Part shown: in pieces, positions 17,515-27,093 of the stretch | How positions within the stretch are numbered: the stretch's first letter is position 1 | How the letters are laid out: each line of letters opens with the position of its first letter | Assembly (NCBI GenBank): GCA_902791935.1 | Contig: CADAXQ010000006.1 | Coordinates: 8,129 to 72,128 of the forward strand | DNA from: an uncultured Erysipelotrichaceae bacterium | Lineage (GTDB): Bacteria > Bacillota_I > Bacilli_A > RFN20 > CAG-826 | Length of the DNA stretch: 64,000 nucleotides | Direction: 5' to 3' | The notes under the pieces: model-generated | Databases searched by the model: none | What the model was told of the DNA's origin: nothing | What the model saw: only the letters and a program-made list of their open reading frames with translations | Position numbers and translations under genes: made by a program

Positions 17515-19101
17515 ATGAGCACAAATAGCAATAAAATAAAAAGATACGAACGGCTCGCCGTAAACGAGCCGAAATACTACGTTTCTATCGGCGATTTATA
17601 TTTCGATGATGGCGATTTCAAAACCGCAACGACGTACTATCAAAAAGCCATCGACAACGGCGTTTTGGCATATACTGCTCTTGGCGACACTTGGGGCAAC
17701 CGCTCTCAATACAAAAAAGCGCTCGACGTTTATACGGAAGGCGCAAACAAAGGCGAAGCGGAGTGCTTTGCCCGTCTCGGATTTTGCTATGAAACTGGTT
17801 ATGTAAAAACCGATATTCAAAAAGCAATCGAGTGTTACGCCAAAGCCTCCGATTTGGGTGTGGCGGCAGCGGCAAGATCTCTCGGGGATTTGTATTACTT
17901 CGATATGCCGATTTCCGAGATCGAAAACGTCAAAAACGCGCTGAAATACTACGAGCGTGATTTTGATTTTGGCGACGTTAAAATTGCAAAAAAGATAGGC
18001 TTTATCTACTTAAACAATGAAGAACTGAAAGACGTTTCCAAAGCCATAGAGTGGTACAAAAAGGGATTGAGCCTCGGCGACTACTCGGTTAATGTCGATT
18101 TGGCGTATGCATATCTGAGCGGCAGGTTTGTTCCGCAAGATCATGAAAAAGGCTTAAAATACCTTGCTGACGGCGTGAAATACAATGACCCGGACACCTT
18201 TTATTTTCTATCCCGCATATACGAAGAAGGCTTGTACGGAATAGAGCCCGATGAAAAAAAGCATCTTCATTATCTTAAAAAGGCCGCGAACCTTGGTCAG
18301 GACGACGCTCTGCTCGATTTGGGATATTACTATTACACAAAAGGCAAGTATGACGACGCGCTCGATTGTTTTGCGCAGTGCGATTTTGATTATGCCGGCG
18401 TTTATTGGTGCATGGCGACGATTTACGAAAATAAAAAAGCCGATTACGAAAATGCGCTGTTCTACTATCTGATGGCAATGAAAATGGACTTTCCGGACGC
18501 AATCGAACGAATAGCGGAAGCGTGTCTTGGCGACGAATTAGGACTCGAAAAGGACGAAGAAACCGCCCTGAAACTTTTCAAGCGAGCCGCAAAGCTCGGC
18601 AGTGCCGACGCACAATATAATCTCGGTATGGCGTATGCTTACGGGTATTACGGTGTGACCGTCGACAAAAAAACTGCCCTTCATTGGCTGAAAAAGAGCG
18701 CGAAAGGCAAAAATCCGTCGGCGTGCCTGCAAGTGGGGCTTTATTACTACTACACCGTCAAAACCGAAGCGGCTTATAAAAAAGCCTTTGATTTGTTTGT
18801 CGACGCATACAATCTCGGCGAGGACGAGGCGATTAACAATATCGGACTTTGCTATCTTCAAGGCCACGGCGTGAAAGAAGACAAAAGAGAAGCGGTTAGG
18901 TGTTTTAGGACTGCTGCTGAAAACTACAGTTCGGGTGTTGGGTATCACAATCTCGGAATCTGTTACGAAAACGGTGTCGGCGTGAGAAAAGATTATAAGA
19001 AAGCAATTGAAATGTACGAGAAAGCGGTAGAGAACGGCGAAAAAGCAGGACTCGAAGCGATTAAGCAACTCCGCTCAAAAATGAATGTTCATCAGGCTTA
19101 G
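17515..19101 (+). CDS. Sel1-like repeat (SLR/TPR) protein
   Basis: More than 10 tandem ~36-aa repeats follow the pattern A..Y.KAA..G...A...LG.CYE.G.GV..D...A. Start placed at the ATG (MSTNSNK...). Confidence 0.8.
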   Translation: MSTNSNKIKRYERLAVNEPKYYVSIGDLYFDDGDFKTATTYYQKAIDNGVLAYTALGDTWGNRSQYKKALDVYTEGANKGEAECFARLGFCYETGYVKTDIQKAIECYAKASDLGVAAAARSLGDLYYFDMPISEIENVKNALKYYERDFDFGDVKIAKKIGFIYLNNEELKDVSKAIEWYKKGLSLGDYSVNVDLAYAYLSGRFVPQDHEKGLKYLADGVKYNDPDTFYFLSRIYEEGLYGIEPDEKKHLHYLKKAANLGQDDALLDLGYYYYTKGKYDDALDCFAQCDFDYAGVYWCMATIYENKKADYENALFYYLMAMKMDFPDAIERIAEACLGDELGLEKDEETALKLFKRAAKLGSADAQYNLGMAYAYGYYGVTVDKKTALHWLKKSAKGKNPSACLQVGLYYYYTVKTEAAYKKAFDLFVDAYNLGEDEAINNIGLCYLQGHGVKEDKREAVRCFRTAAENYSSGVGYHNLGICYENGVGVRKDYKKAIEMYEKAVENGEKAGLEAIKQLRSKMNVHQA

Positions 19102-19186
19102 TTATTTTGAATTGTGGTGGTATGCAATATAGCGAAGATGAGCATTCATTGCAAAATGGCTAGGAAATTACAACTTAAAACGAGAT

Positions 19187-19230
19187 GAGACCCAAAAGTT
19201 GGACTTCCCCAACTGGAGGGTCTCTTTTCT
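19187..19230 (+). terminator. Rho-independent terminator after the Sel1-repeat gene
   Basis: Long hairpin GAGACCC...AGTTGG-loop-CCAACT...GGGTCTC followed by TTTTCT. Confidence 0.6.
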
Positions 19231-19519
19231 ATGAGGTTTACGAAAGAATTCAAATTGGAATGTGTAAGAAAACACAAAGCCGGGAGCGCATCGACGATCC
19301 GGGAGGATACAAACGCCGCGCTTTCATGGACAGCGTCCGCAGATGGGCCAAGATTTTCGATGCGTTGGGGAAATCGGCTTAGAGCACAAAAAGCCGAACC
19401 GGGCTGAGTTTGAGAAACTCGCCCGGCTGATGCAAGATACGGGCGAAGTCAGATGCCCGAGGCTTCTCAAATGTTTCACATCAATTAAGAACCAACACAC
19501 ATTGGTTTGGCTGTTTTGA
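19231..19519 (+). pseudogene. Frameshifted remnant of an IS-type transposase HTH (OrfA-like) gene
   Basis: Three frames together read MRFTKEFKLECVRKHKAG / ERIDDPGGYKRRAFMDSVRRWAKIFDALGKSA / LEHKKPNRAEFEKLARLMQDTGEV... This resembles the N-terminal HTH ORFs of IS3-like elements. At least two frameshifts, and no catalytic ORF or inverted repeats seen. Confidence 0.45.
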
Positions 19520-19619
19520 CAATTGCGGTTTCAAAATGAAACGGAAGTTGCTATCATATTCCTAGGTAAGAAAAACACAGCGAGTTTTCTTATGCTTTAA
19601 AGAAAAAAGGAGAGGATGA

Positions 19620-20459
19620 ATGCCAATCATGGAAATGGTTCCGATGTATGATTTCACCTCAGCAGCGGGCATTTGTTCGTTCATTTTTGGCATCCTTTTG
19701 TTTTTGGGGCTTGATTTTTTACTTTGGTGGCATGGCATTCGAAAGCCACTCCCTTGGGTTCTATTTGGTGTCTTGGAGACCATTTTCACCATCGCTGGAG
19801 CATTTGGCATGTGGTACCTTGCTTTGCCGTCCTTGCTATTCATCGGCGTTTTTAGCGTCGTGTTATGGCGAAATGAACCCGCTTACCCCGTTGTTACCGA
19901 ACGTTACCATTTCTCGTTCCGTGATCTTTTTAAGCGAAAGAAACCGGTACAGCCAGAATATATTTTCGATCGCGAAAAGGTTTATCAAGAAGTTTATAAA
20001 GCCGTGATTAACATGTCGCGCGTGAAACGCGGCGCTTTGATCACTTTTGTGAAAAAAGACAATCTTTTAGACGATTCTAAAATTGGTACCGTCATCAAAC
20101 AACGCGGCGTGGATTTAAATGCGCCTGTCAAAGCAGAACTTTTAGAAACGATCTTCTACGAGGGAACACGCCTTCACGATGGTGCCGTCGTCATTAAGGA
20201 TGACAAGATTGCTCGCGCAGCCGTTTTCTTTCAATCCACCAGCAAAGCATTAACGGGCAAATATGGCGCCCGCCACCAAGCGGCGTTAGGAATTTCTGAG
20301 AACTCTGATTCTGTGACCATTATTGTTTCGGAAGAAACTGGTCGTATTTCTATTGCATTCCAAGGCGAATTAACTTCCGTCAACCCCGATAGCTTAGCCA
20401 GCGTCTTTGAAGAAGATATGGCTTATGAGTCGAGTGAAGACAATGACGAAAACGCCTAA
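19620..20459 (+). CDS. cdaA: Diadenylate cyclase (c-di-AMP synthase), membrane-anchored CdaA type
   Basis: N-terminal TM helices plus a DisA_N domain with LHDGAVVI and GARHQAALG motifs. Confidence 0.85.
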   Translation: MPIMEMVPMYDFTSAAGICSFIFGILLFLGLDFLLWWHGIRKPLPWVLFGVLETIFTIAGAFGMWYLALPSLLFIGVFSVVLWRNEPAYPVVTERYHFSFRDLFKRKKPVQPEYIFDREKVYQEVYKAVINMSRVKRGALITFVKKDNLLDDSKIGTVIKQRGVDLNAPVKAELLETIFYEGTRLHDGAVVIKDDKIARAAVFFQSTSKALTGKYGARHQAALGISENSDSVTIIVSEETGRISIAFQGELTSVNPDSLASVFEEDMAYESSEDNDENA

Positions 20460-20478
20460 CTCGAAGGAGGAGAATCAA

Positions 20479-21213
20479 ATGCCGACACCACATATTGAAG
20501 CAAAAGAAGGGGATTTCGCCCCGGTCGTTTTAATGCCAGGAGACCCAAAACGGGCCGAATGGATTGCGAAGACGTTCTTGAAGAATCCAAAACTTGTGAC
20601 ATCTGTTCGTGGCATTTTGGGCTTTACGGGAGAAGCACCGGATGGCTCTTTAGTCTCGGTCATGGCCTCTGGCATGGGTATGCCTTCTATTGGCATCTAT
20701 TCCCATGAGCTTTATACCTCTTATGGAGTGGAAGCCATTCTCCGGATTGGCACCTGTGGCTCTTACCAAAAAGACATCGGCTTAAAAGACATCATCATCG
20801 GCGAAGGTGCTTGCACAAATTCGAATTGGATGGGTGAGCATTCTTTATATGGCGGCACGTTCTCTGCCATCGCAGACTATCAACTCCTTGAAATGGCAGT
20901 GGATGCCACGCGGGAAAAGAAACTTCCGCTTCATGTTGGGAACATTCTTTCTTCCGATACGTTCTATGACTATCGTCCCGAAGCCTGGAAGAAGTGGGCT
21001 AATCTCGGTGTACTCGGCGTTGAAATGGAAGCATATGCGCTTTATGCGAACGCTGCCACGTTAGGAAAGAAAGCCCTCGCCATCTGCACGGTCTCTGACT
21101 CATTCTTATTCGCCAAAGAACTTTCTTCCCAAGAACGGCAAGAAGGATTGACCAATATGGTAAGCATCGCGATGGATGTCGCGATGAAATACAATGCATG
21201 CCGCACGAAGTAA
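20479..21213 (+). CDS. deoD: Purine nucleoside phosphorylase, DeoD type
   Basis: MPTPHIEAKEGDFAPVVLMPGDPKRAEWIA... is typical of DeoD. GGAGG lies 8 nt upstream. The longer track ORF overlaps cdaA and was trimmed. Confidence 0.85.
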   Translation: MPTPHIEAKEGDFAPVVLMPGDPKRAEWIAKTFLKNPKLVTSVRGILGFTGEAPDGSLVSVMASGMGMPSIGIYSHELYTSYGVEAILRIGTCGSYQKDIGLKDIIIGEGACTNSNWMGEHSLYGGTFSAIADYQLLEMAVDATREKKLPLHVGNILSSDTFYDYRPEAWKKWANLGVLGVEMEAYALYANAATLGKKALAICTVSDSFLFAKELSSQERQEGLTNMVSIAMDVAMKYNACRTK

Positions 21214-21830
21214 GGCTTACCTTATGGATTGTTTCGGCCGTCCTTGTTTTTGCCGGCCTGGCTTTTTGGATCATCTATCCGCGCGTTAAACACCGTCTTT
21301 CTCAAGAAAACTACAAACGCTTTGACTATGACGTCATTGCGCGCTTGGTGAAGAATAACGATTACTATCTCATTAATTCTTTCACGTTTGAAACGGGATC
21401 AACTCCCTTGGTCATTGACCATTTAATCGGCGGGGATAAGTATCTTTACGTCGTGATTGATTATTTTATTCCGGGCACATTAGAAGTGGATCCTCGCTTA
21501 AAATATGCGATGGTCTACCGAAAAGGGAATGAGAAGCTAGAAATGCTTAGCCCCTATGAGATGGTCCGTGCGGCCATTGAACGACTTTCGACGTTAAGCG
21601 GAATTCCTTCCGAATATATTGTCGGAATCGCGCTCATCAATGACGATGCCGTGGTACTTGGTAACGCCCACCCATCCGCGGATCTTTATCTTTCGACACC
21701 ACATCAAATTGGAAAAATCATTCGGTCCTACGAGAAACGTGATGTAAAACCATTCGTCTCATCGCAACTTTGGCAAGCCATTCAAGACCTGCATGCGATT
21801 AAAGTGCAGACCAATCCCGAAAACAAATAA
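21198..21830 (+). CDS. Membrane-anchored NERD-like domain protein
   Basis: One N-terminal TM helix. VIDHLIGGDKYLYVVIDY resembles the NERD core motif. Confidence 0.5.
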   Translation: MPHEVRLTLWIVSAVLVFAGLAFWIIYPRVKHRLSQENYKRFDYDVIARLVKNNDYYLINSFTFETGSTPLVIDHLIGGDKYLYVVIDYFIPGTLEVDPRLKYAMVYRKGNEKLEMLSPYEMVRAAIERLSTLSGIPSEYIVGIALINDDAVVLGNAHPSADLYLSTPHQIGKIIRSYEKRDVKPFVSSQLWQAIQDLHAIKVQTNPENK

Positions 21831-21832
21831 AA

Positions 21833-21858
21833 AATCCCGATGAATTCGGGATTATTTT
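21833..21858. terminator. Bidirectional terminator hairpin
   Basis: AATCCCGA-tgaat-TCGGGATT flanked by an A-run upstream and a T-run downstream. It lies between the + strand gene and the - strand tRNA pair. Confidence 0.6.
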
Positions 21859-21861
21859 TTC

Positions 21862-21935
21862 TGGAGCAGGTGACGGGAATCGAACCCGCATAATCAGCTT
21901 GGAAGGCTGATGTTCTGCCACTGAACTACACCTGC
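21862..21935 (-). tRNA. tRNA-Gly (anticodon UCC)
   Basis: The reverse complement folds as acceptor GCAGGTG/CACCTGC, anticodon stem TCAGC/GCTGA with loop CTTCCAA, T loop TTCGATT, CCA. Confidence 0.9.
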
Positions 21936-21939
21936 AGAT

Positions 21940-22016
21940 TGGCGGACCATACGAGATTCGAACTCGTGATCTTCTCCGTGACAGGGAGACATGTTGGACC
22001 GCTACACCAATGGTCC
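21940..22016 (-). tRNA. tRNA-Asp (anticodon GUC)
   Basis: Reverse complement: acceptor GGACCAT/ATGGTCC, anticodon stem TCTCC/GGAGA with loop CTGTCAC, T loop TTCGAAT, discriminator G, CCA. Confidence 0.9.
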
Positions 22017-22032
22017 ACCGACTGCGAGAGAA

Positions 22033-22061
22033 AATATAGCACAACTAAGGCCTTAGGGCAA
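22033..22061 (-). promoter_or_regulatory. Promoter for the tRNA-Asp/tRNA-Gly pair
   Basis: Minus strand TTGCCC-N17-TATATT, with a TGc extended -10. Confidence 0.4.
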
Positions 22062-22092
22062 AGAAAAAGAGAGAAGTAATAACTTCTCCCCC
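22058..22092 (-). terminator. Rho-independent terminator after trxA
   Basis: Minus strand GAGAAGT-tatt-ACTTCTC followed by TCTTTTTCTTT. Confidence 0.55.
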
Positions 22093-22108
22093 TATCTTTT
22101 TGTAGAAA

Positions 22109-22414
22109 TTAAAGCCCTAAGAACTTTAAGACGGCGTCTTTGTCTTGATAGCCAAGCGTCTCATTGACGGCTTTGCCATCTTGGAAATCGATTAACGTCG
22201 GAATGGATGCGATGCCATATTTGGCCGCAATGTCGCCGACTTCATCGACGTCGACACGGACGACTTTGATTTCAGGGTGCTCCGATGCGATTTCATCAAT
22301 CACGGGGGCGAGCATACGGCATGGACCACACCAAGTGGCGTAGAAGTCCACTAATACGCGGCCCGATTGGATGGCGGTGTTGAACTCTTCGGCATTATGA
22401 ATTTCTTGAATCAT
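22109..22414 (-). CDS. trxA: Thioredoxin
   Basis: 101 aa with a WCGPC active site. Confidence 0.9.
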   Translation of the reverse strand: MIQEIHNAEEFNTAIQSGRVLVDFYATWCGPCRMLAPVIDEIASEHPEIKVVRVDVDEVGDIAAKYGIASIPTLIDFQDGKAVNETLGYQDKDAVLKFLGL

Positions 22415-22427
22415 GGAATATAACCTC

Positions 22428-23333
22428 CTAGAACTGCCCTAATGATAAGAAGAAAATGAGCGCAAGCAAAGCGATATGCACTGGATAATAAAGATAATTC
22501 GCATACGTGAACCACTTCGCATGGTAACCCAGTTTGCCGTTATAGCAGAAGATGATTAAGCCCGCGAGTAAGCAATAAGACTGGGGGTTGAGCCAGAATA
22601 TCGTGTCTCCGGCTGGCCATAGATACGAAAGCGCCCAGAAGATGACGGTGACTAAGACCAAAGCCGTGCAAGAAACCAAATTCAATAAAGATTGGAATGT
22701 TGGGGTCTTTTCAAAGTCATCTCCTAAGTTTAATTCCCGTTTCTTACTTTCAGTAGCAACGATCTTTTTCACCAAAGGCAACGTGTAGTAGAAACCTAAG
22801 AACAAAGCAAACCCGAATAACGAATAACCCGCTCTAGCCCATAAGGGGAAAGAGCTTGTCCAATAGACGACATAAGTGCCGTCTAACGCCTCATAGTTTT
22901 CCATCACGTCGGCTACATAGGAAAGAACAACATAACCAGCGGGCAAGATGGAGAGGTATTTTAGACCACCCTTGCTTTCAAGCAAGGTAATAAACAAGGC
23001 ATAACATAATAAATCCGTGAATGCTTGAGCCGAAACTTTTGCCATCATATCGGGGTTTGCAAAAGAAAAGACCATTTCGACGAGGAATATCGCTGCCCAA
23101 ATGATGGCCAAGCGCAGAATGTAATTCCAACGGTCGTGGGTCTTATGAAGTCCTTCGGCCAACATAAAAACATATAAAGGGAAAGCAATTCGTCCGATGA
23201 TTAGCAAGACAGATGCCCAATCTCCACCGATTTTGTATAGCGAAAGGAACGTGCCAATATGGCTGAGCGTCATGGTCACCAACGCAAAGATTTTTAACCA
23301 AAATGAGGAAAAGACTTGAGCCTTATTGCGCAT
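22428..23333 (-). CDS. TraX-family membrane protein
   Basis: 301-aa polytopic protein. The N-terminal FWLKIFALVTMTLSHIG resembles the TraX family signature. Confidence 0.6.
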   Translation of the reverse strand: MRNKAQVFSSFWLKIFALVTMTLSHIGTFLSLYKIGGDWASVLLIIGRIAFPLYVFMLAEGLHKTHDRWNYILRLAIIWAAIFLVEMVFSFANPDMMAKVSAQAFTDLLCYALFITLLESKGGLKYLSILPAGYVVLSYVADVMENYEALDGTYVVYWTSSFPLWARAGYSLFGFALFLGFYYTLPLVKKIVATESKKRELNLGDDFEKTPTFQSLLNLVSCTALVLVTVIFWALSYLWPAGDTIFWLNPQSYCLLAGLIIFCYNGKLGYHAKWFTYANYLYYPVHIALLALIFFLSLGQF

Positions 23334-24198
23334 AAAGGGAAGAGAGAATCACCGAGATAACGGCAACGACGTTGTTTGTGGCGTGAGCTAAGAATGACGC
23401 CCCAAAGCCAAAATATTCATAGATAAAGCAGAAGGAGAATCCCGCGATGGCATAGGAAGGGAAGGCCAACCATTCATTCACGGATGTGAAGTCGTGGAGG
23501 TGGATTAAGCCAAAGAGAAGCCCAACCACGAGATAGGCTACCACGCGGTTCCATCGTTTTAAGAAACCGAATGCGCCGACACGGTAGGTGAGTTCTTCGC
23601 AGAATGGGGCCACAAATCCCGTCATGAGCACGGAGAGAACGGGCAAATATAAGATTGTGGTCTCAACGGCCGTCTCATTTTGGTTGGTTGTCGCGCCAAG
23701 CTTCGAGGCGATCACGTTCCAAATCACAGATAACATAATGACGCCGAAACCAAGCGGAATTCCAAGCCAAGTGCGAGGATTTTGGAACGAAGCAAATATG
23801 GTTTTGTTGCTGCGCCACAAAATCAGCAGCAAGGAAATAATTAAGATGGCGTAGGCGCCATCATTCACAATCGTTAAGTATTGGGCGCTCTTTTGGTATT
23901 CTGCGAGGAATGACGTCCATTCGCTGGCGCTTAACCCACTTTGGGGACCAAGTCGTAATATCAGCAAGACCAGCAACGAAAGCATGACCCCAATGAGTTG
24001 GAAGCCAAGGCTACCCGTAACAAACACTAGAATTTGCCGCCACCAAGGAATGTTGGCCGTAAAACGGAACGAACGATATTCAGGGCCATATTCGGGATTG
24101 GAAGCGTGGCAATAAGGGCATTCAGTAGACGTGGGATCATAGGTCTTGCCACATTCAGGGCAACGACTACGACGGAAAGGGTTATGAAAGTATTTCAT
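23323..24198 (-). CDS. CPBP-family intramembrane metalloprotease with an N-terminal zinc ribbon
   Basis: CPBP motifs FCEELTYRVG, FGLIHL and AHATNN. The N-terminus carries CPECGKTYDPTSTECPYCH. Start trimmed to MKYFHNP (ATG 24196-24198) to avoid overlap with the divergent yigZ-like gene. Confidence 0.7.
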   Translation of the reverse strand: MKYFHNPFRRSRCPECGKTYDPTSTECPYCHASNPEYGPEYRSFRFTANIPWWRQILVFVTGSLGFQLIGVMLSLLVLLILRLGPQSGLSASEWTSFLAEYQKSAQYLTIVNDGAYAILIISLLLILWRSNKTIFASFQNPRTWLGIPLGFGVIMLSVIWNVIASKLGATTNQNETAVETTILYLPVLSVLMTGFVAPFCEELTYRVGAFGFLKRWNRVVAYLVVGLLFGLIHLHDFTSVNEWLAFPSYAIAGFSFCFIYEYFGFGASFLAHATNNVVAVISVILSSLYAQ

Positions 24199-24257
24199 AA
24201 CGCCATTGTAGCAAGAATGCGTGCCAAAGGCACCTTTCAATTTTATAATTAGACCAC

Positions 24258-24869
24258 ATGAACGCCGTCCGTTACCTTGCAAAGCCCTATACGTGTGAGA
24301 AAGTCGTCCTTGGCTCACGTTTTATCGCGGTCGCTTTGCCTTTGGAACATAAAGAAGATTTAGAACGTTTATTCGAAGAAACAAAAATCCAATATCCGAA
24401 GGCAACGCATTATCCTTATGGAGCAAGAGTAGGGGCATTCGAAGCAAGAAGCGATGATGGAGAACCCTCGAGAAGTTCAGGTTATCCTATCCTTGCTTTG
24501 TTAGAGCAACGCCAAGTCGATGAGATATTTCTTTGTGTCGTCCGTTATTTCGGTGGCACAAAATTAGGGCTACCTAGACTGACGAGAACGTATCGCGAGA
24601 CGGCGTTACAAGCGCTAGAAGAGGCAGAATGGGCGGAGAAAGTCGAAGAAACGGCCGTCAAGATATCGTTACCCTATGCCGCCTATGAACGGCTTTCTCG
24701 GCAATGGGACAAGGAAGAAATCACGTTTGAAAATGTCACCTATGGGATTTCGGTGACCCTCACGTTAGTAGGAAATGATAAACTAATCACGCAAGCGTTA
24801 TCGTCTTTGCCTGAAGCCATCGTGATGGAACGAAGCGTTCGGGTAGGGAAAAGGAGATTACGAGTATGA
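24258..24869 (+). CDS. YigZ/IMPACT-family protein (UPF0029)
   Basis: SDDGEPSRSSGYPIL ... VVRYFGGTKLGLPRLTRTY is characteristic of the IMPACT/YigZ family. Confidence 0.75.
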   Translation: MNAVRYLAKPYTCEKVVLGSRFIAVALPLEHKEDLERLFEETKIQYPKATHYPYGARVGAFEARSDDGEPSRSSGYPILALLEQRQVDEIFLCVVRYFGGTKLGLPRLTRTYRETALQALEEAEWAEKVEETAVKISLPYAAYERLSRQWDKEEITFENVTYGISVTLTLVGNDKLITQALSSLPEAIVMERSVRVGKRRLRV

Positions 24870-26158
24870 TCAATGGAACCGAATTTGAAGAACGTCGTGG
24901 CCGGCTTTTGGCCATGATGGATTCCAACTCCGTTATGGTGCTCTTTTCTGGCGTAGAAAAGATTTCCAGCGCGGACGAAACCTATCCTTTCGAAGTGAAC
25001 CGAAACTTCTATTACTTAACGGGCATTGACCAACCCGATTCTGCCTTAATTTTGGTGAACTCCTATGGTGAAATGAAAGATTTCTTATTCATTTCTCCTT
25101 ACGATGAACGCAAAGAGAAGTGGTATGGCAAACGGTTAACGCCCGAAGAAGCCACGAAAATCAGCGGTATCAAAAACGTTCAAGTCATTGATTCCTTGTC
25201 AGCTAAGTTAGACGAAATTTTGAATCCATCGATGTATGTCTTCGGTGAAATCAAGAAGTTATATCTCGATTTGGACCGCGAAATCAAAATCGGGGAAGAT
25301 ACCACGACCTTAGACGAAAAGAAGATTGCAGAAGCGACGTATCGTGACGTTGCCGTTTCTGATGCCTATCCGTTAATTACGACGTTACGGCTACGGAAAT
25401 CCGCCCGTGAAATCGCGGAACTTCGCAGTGCGATTGAAACTACAAAAGTTGGCCTTTATTCCGTATGGTCCAACGCCCGTCCTGGCGTGCACGAATACGA
25501 ACTGGCCGATTTATTCATGAAAGTCGTGAATGATTTGAATGGTTATCAAGGTTTGGCATTCAATACAATCATGGCAAGCGGCATTCACGCCACCACGTTA
25601 CATTATCCTAAACCACTCGGTAGCTTATCGGATGGAGACTTGCTACTTTCCGATTTAGGCGCCCGTAACCATTATTACTGCGCCGATGTTTCGCGTACGA
25701 TCCCAGTCAATGGCAAGTTCAATGAACTACAACGTACCGTTTATGAAATCGTGCTTGACTGTAACAAGATGATTGCTTCGAAAGCGAAGCCTGGTATCAC
25801 CATCGCCTCCTTGCAAAAGGCCACGATTGACTATCTTGCCACGGCTTGTTTAGCCAAGGGATTTATTGAAAATAAGGAAGATATATCGCGTTATTACTTC
25901 CATGGGGTGTCTCACTTCATTGGATTAGACACGCATGATCCGTATCTTTCTCCTATCCGTGGCGACTACCGCACCATCAAATTAGAACCTGGCATGGTCA
26001 TCTCCGATGAACCAGGGCTTTATATGGCGGACCGTGGTATCGGCATTCGTATCGAAGATGATTTGCTGATTACGAATGATGGCTGCGAAGTCTTAACGAA
26101 AAACATCGTCAAAGAAGTGGAAGACATTGAAAACGCCTTATCTTCCAAGCTGAGATAA
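24866..26158 (+). CDS. Xaa-Pro aminopeptidase (M24B)
   Basis: 430 aa with an AMP_N-type N-terminus and the M24 metal ligand region (HGVSHFIGLDTHD, EPGLY, IRIEDD). Confidence 0.85.
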   Translation: MINGTEFEERRGRLLAMMDSNSVMVLFSGVEKISSADETYPFEVNRNFYYLTGIDQPDSALILVNSYGEMKDFLFISPYDERKEKWYGKRLTPEEATKISGIKNVQVIDSLSAKLDEILNPSMYVFGEIKKLYLDLDREIKIGEDTTTLDEKKIAEATYRDVAVSDAYPLITTLRLRKSAREIAELRSAIETTKVGLYSVWSNARPGVHEYELADLFMKVVNDLNGYQGLAFNTIMASGIHATTLHYPKPLGSLSDGDLLLSDLGARNHYYCADVSRTIPVNGKFNELQRTVYEIVLDCNKMIASKAKPGITIASLQKATIDYLATACLAKGFIENKEDISRYYFHGVSHFIGLDTHDPYLSPIRGDYRTIKLEPGMVISDEPGLYMADRGIGIRIEDDLLITNDGCEVLTKNIVKEVEDIENALSSKLR

Positions 26159-26159
26159 C

Positions 26160-27056
26160 ATGCCACTTCGCTTTCTTCCTCATCATGAATATGTCGTGCT
26201 CGCCCCAAAAGAACGGCAACCATATTACAAAATGGCCGCCAAACGCGATGGGGCAGAGATTTTATTACTCACCTTATCGGAGATGAAATCGTTATGGGAT
26301 GAGAAACCATCCTCTGCGCTTTCGTCTTACTTGAAGGATAAAGGCTTTGCCCCTTTGAAAGTCAAAGCACTGGTTTTGGCATTCACATCACCGTTTTTTC
26401 AGAAGAACGCTACGCTGTTGCCCGAATTACAACCTTATCAAGAAGAATACGCCTACGCCTTAAAACAAGGCTGGCTGACGAAACCAGAGAATAACGCTGC
26501 TTCTTTATTTGTGGGAAAAGAGATTGTGATCTCGGGCTATTTTTCTTATGGCGATATCATCTCCGCTTATCTTGGCTCCTTGCGGGGCGATATGCGAATA
26601 GGTTATGAGTTAGAACCGAATGAACCTATTTCTTTCGGCGCAGTCGAGGTGTATTCGAGCCCTGAGAACGAAGAACGGGCCGCTTCTTTGAAAGCGTTGA
26701 CGCTCTCCGCCTTAGGAAACGCAATACAACCGATTGTCTGTTTTGGATTTCATCCAGCTTCTTTCCCTGGCAGTCACGCCATCTATCGCGCGAATCCTTT
26801 GTTGATGCCAGGAGAAACTGGGATTTGGGTCCATGCGAAAAATCCAAAAACCCCAAGAAAACCCCTGTTATTTTTAGAAACCACTTGGAATTCCTTAGGG
26901 ATTTTAACGTTGGAAAGACAAGCCATAGAAAAGCAAGAACGTTATCGTCACTTGTTACATTCTGGCCAACTGGCTTCCGTTTCTTTAGCAGAAGGGGAGA
27001 GACCTAACGTTTTATTCCTAGACGAAAACATCCCTTTTGCGCAAAATCAAAAATAA
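26160..27056 (+). CDS. Hypothetical protein
   Basis: 298-aa ORF starting 2 nt after the aminopeptidase stop. No motif recognised. Confidence 0.5.
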   Translation: MPLRFLPHHEYVVLAPKERQPYYKMAAKRDGAEILLLTLSEMKSLWDEKPSSALSSYLKDKGFAPLKVKALVLAFTSPFFQKNATLLPELQPYQEEYAYALKQGWLTKPENNAASLFVGKEIVISGYFSYGDIISAYLGSLRGDMRIGYELEPNEPISFGAVEVYSSPENEERAASLKALTLSALGNAIQPIVCFGFHPASFPGSHAIYRANPLLMPGETGIWVHAKNPKTPRKPLLFLETTWNSLGILTLERQAIEKQERYRHLLHSGQLASVSLAEGERPNVLFLDENIPFAQNQK

Positions 27057-27093
27057 TCGGCACATCCTGACCCTATTAGGTTACAATAAGGCC

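Noticed and set aside
19185-19382. A 65-aa ORF reported in the track as a possible gene.
   Set aside because: Only its second half is transposase-HTH-like. The N- and C-terminal continuations are in other frames, so it is better explained as part of a frameshifted pseudogene (19231-19519).
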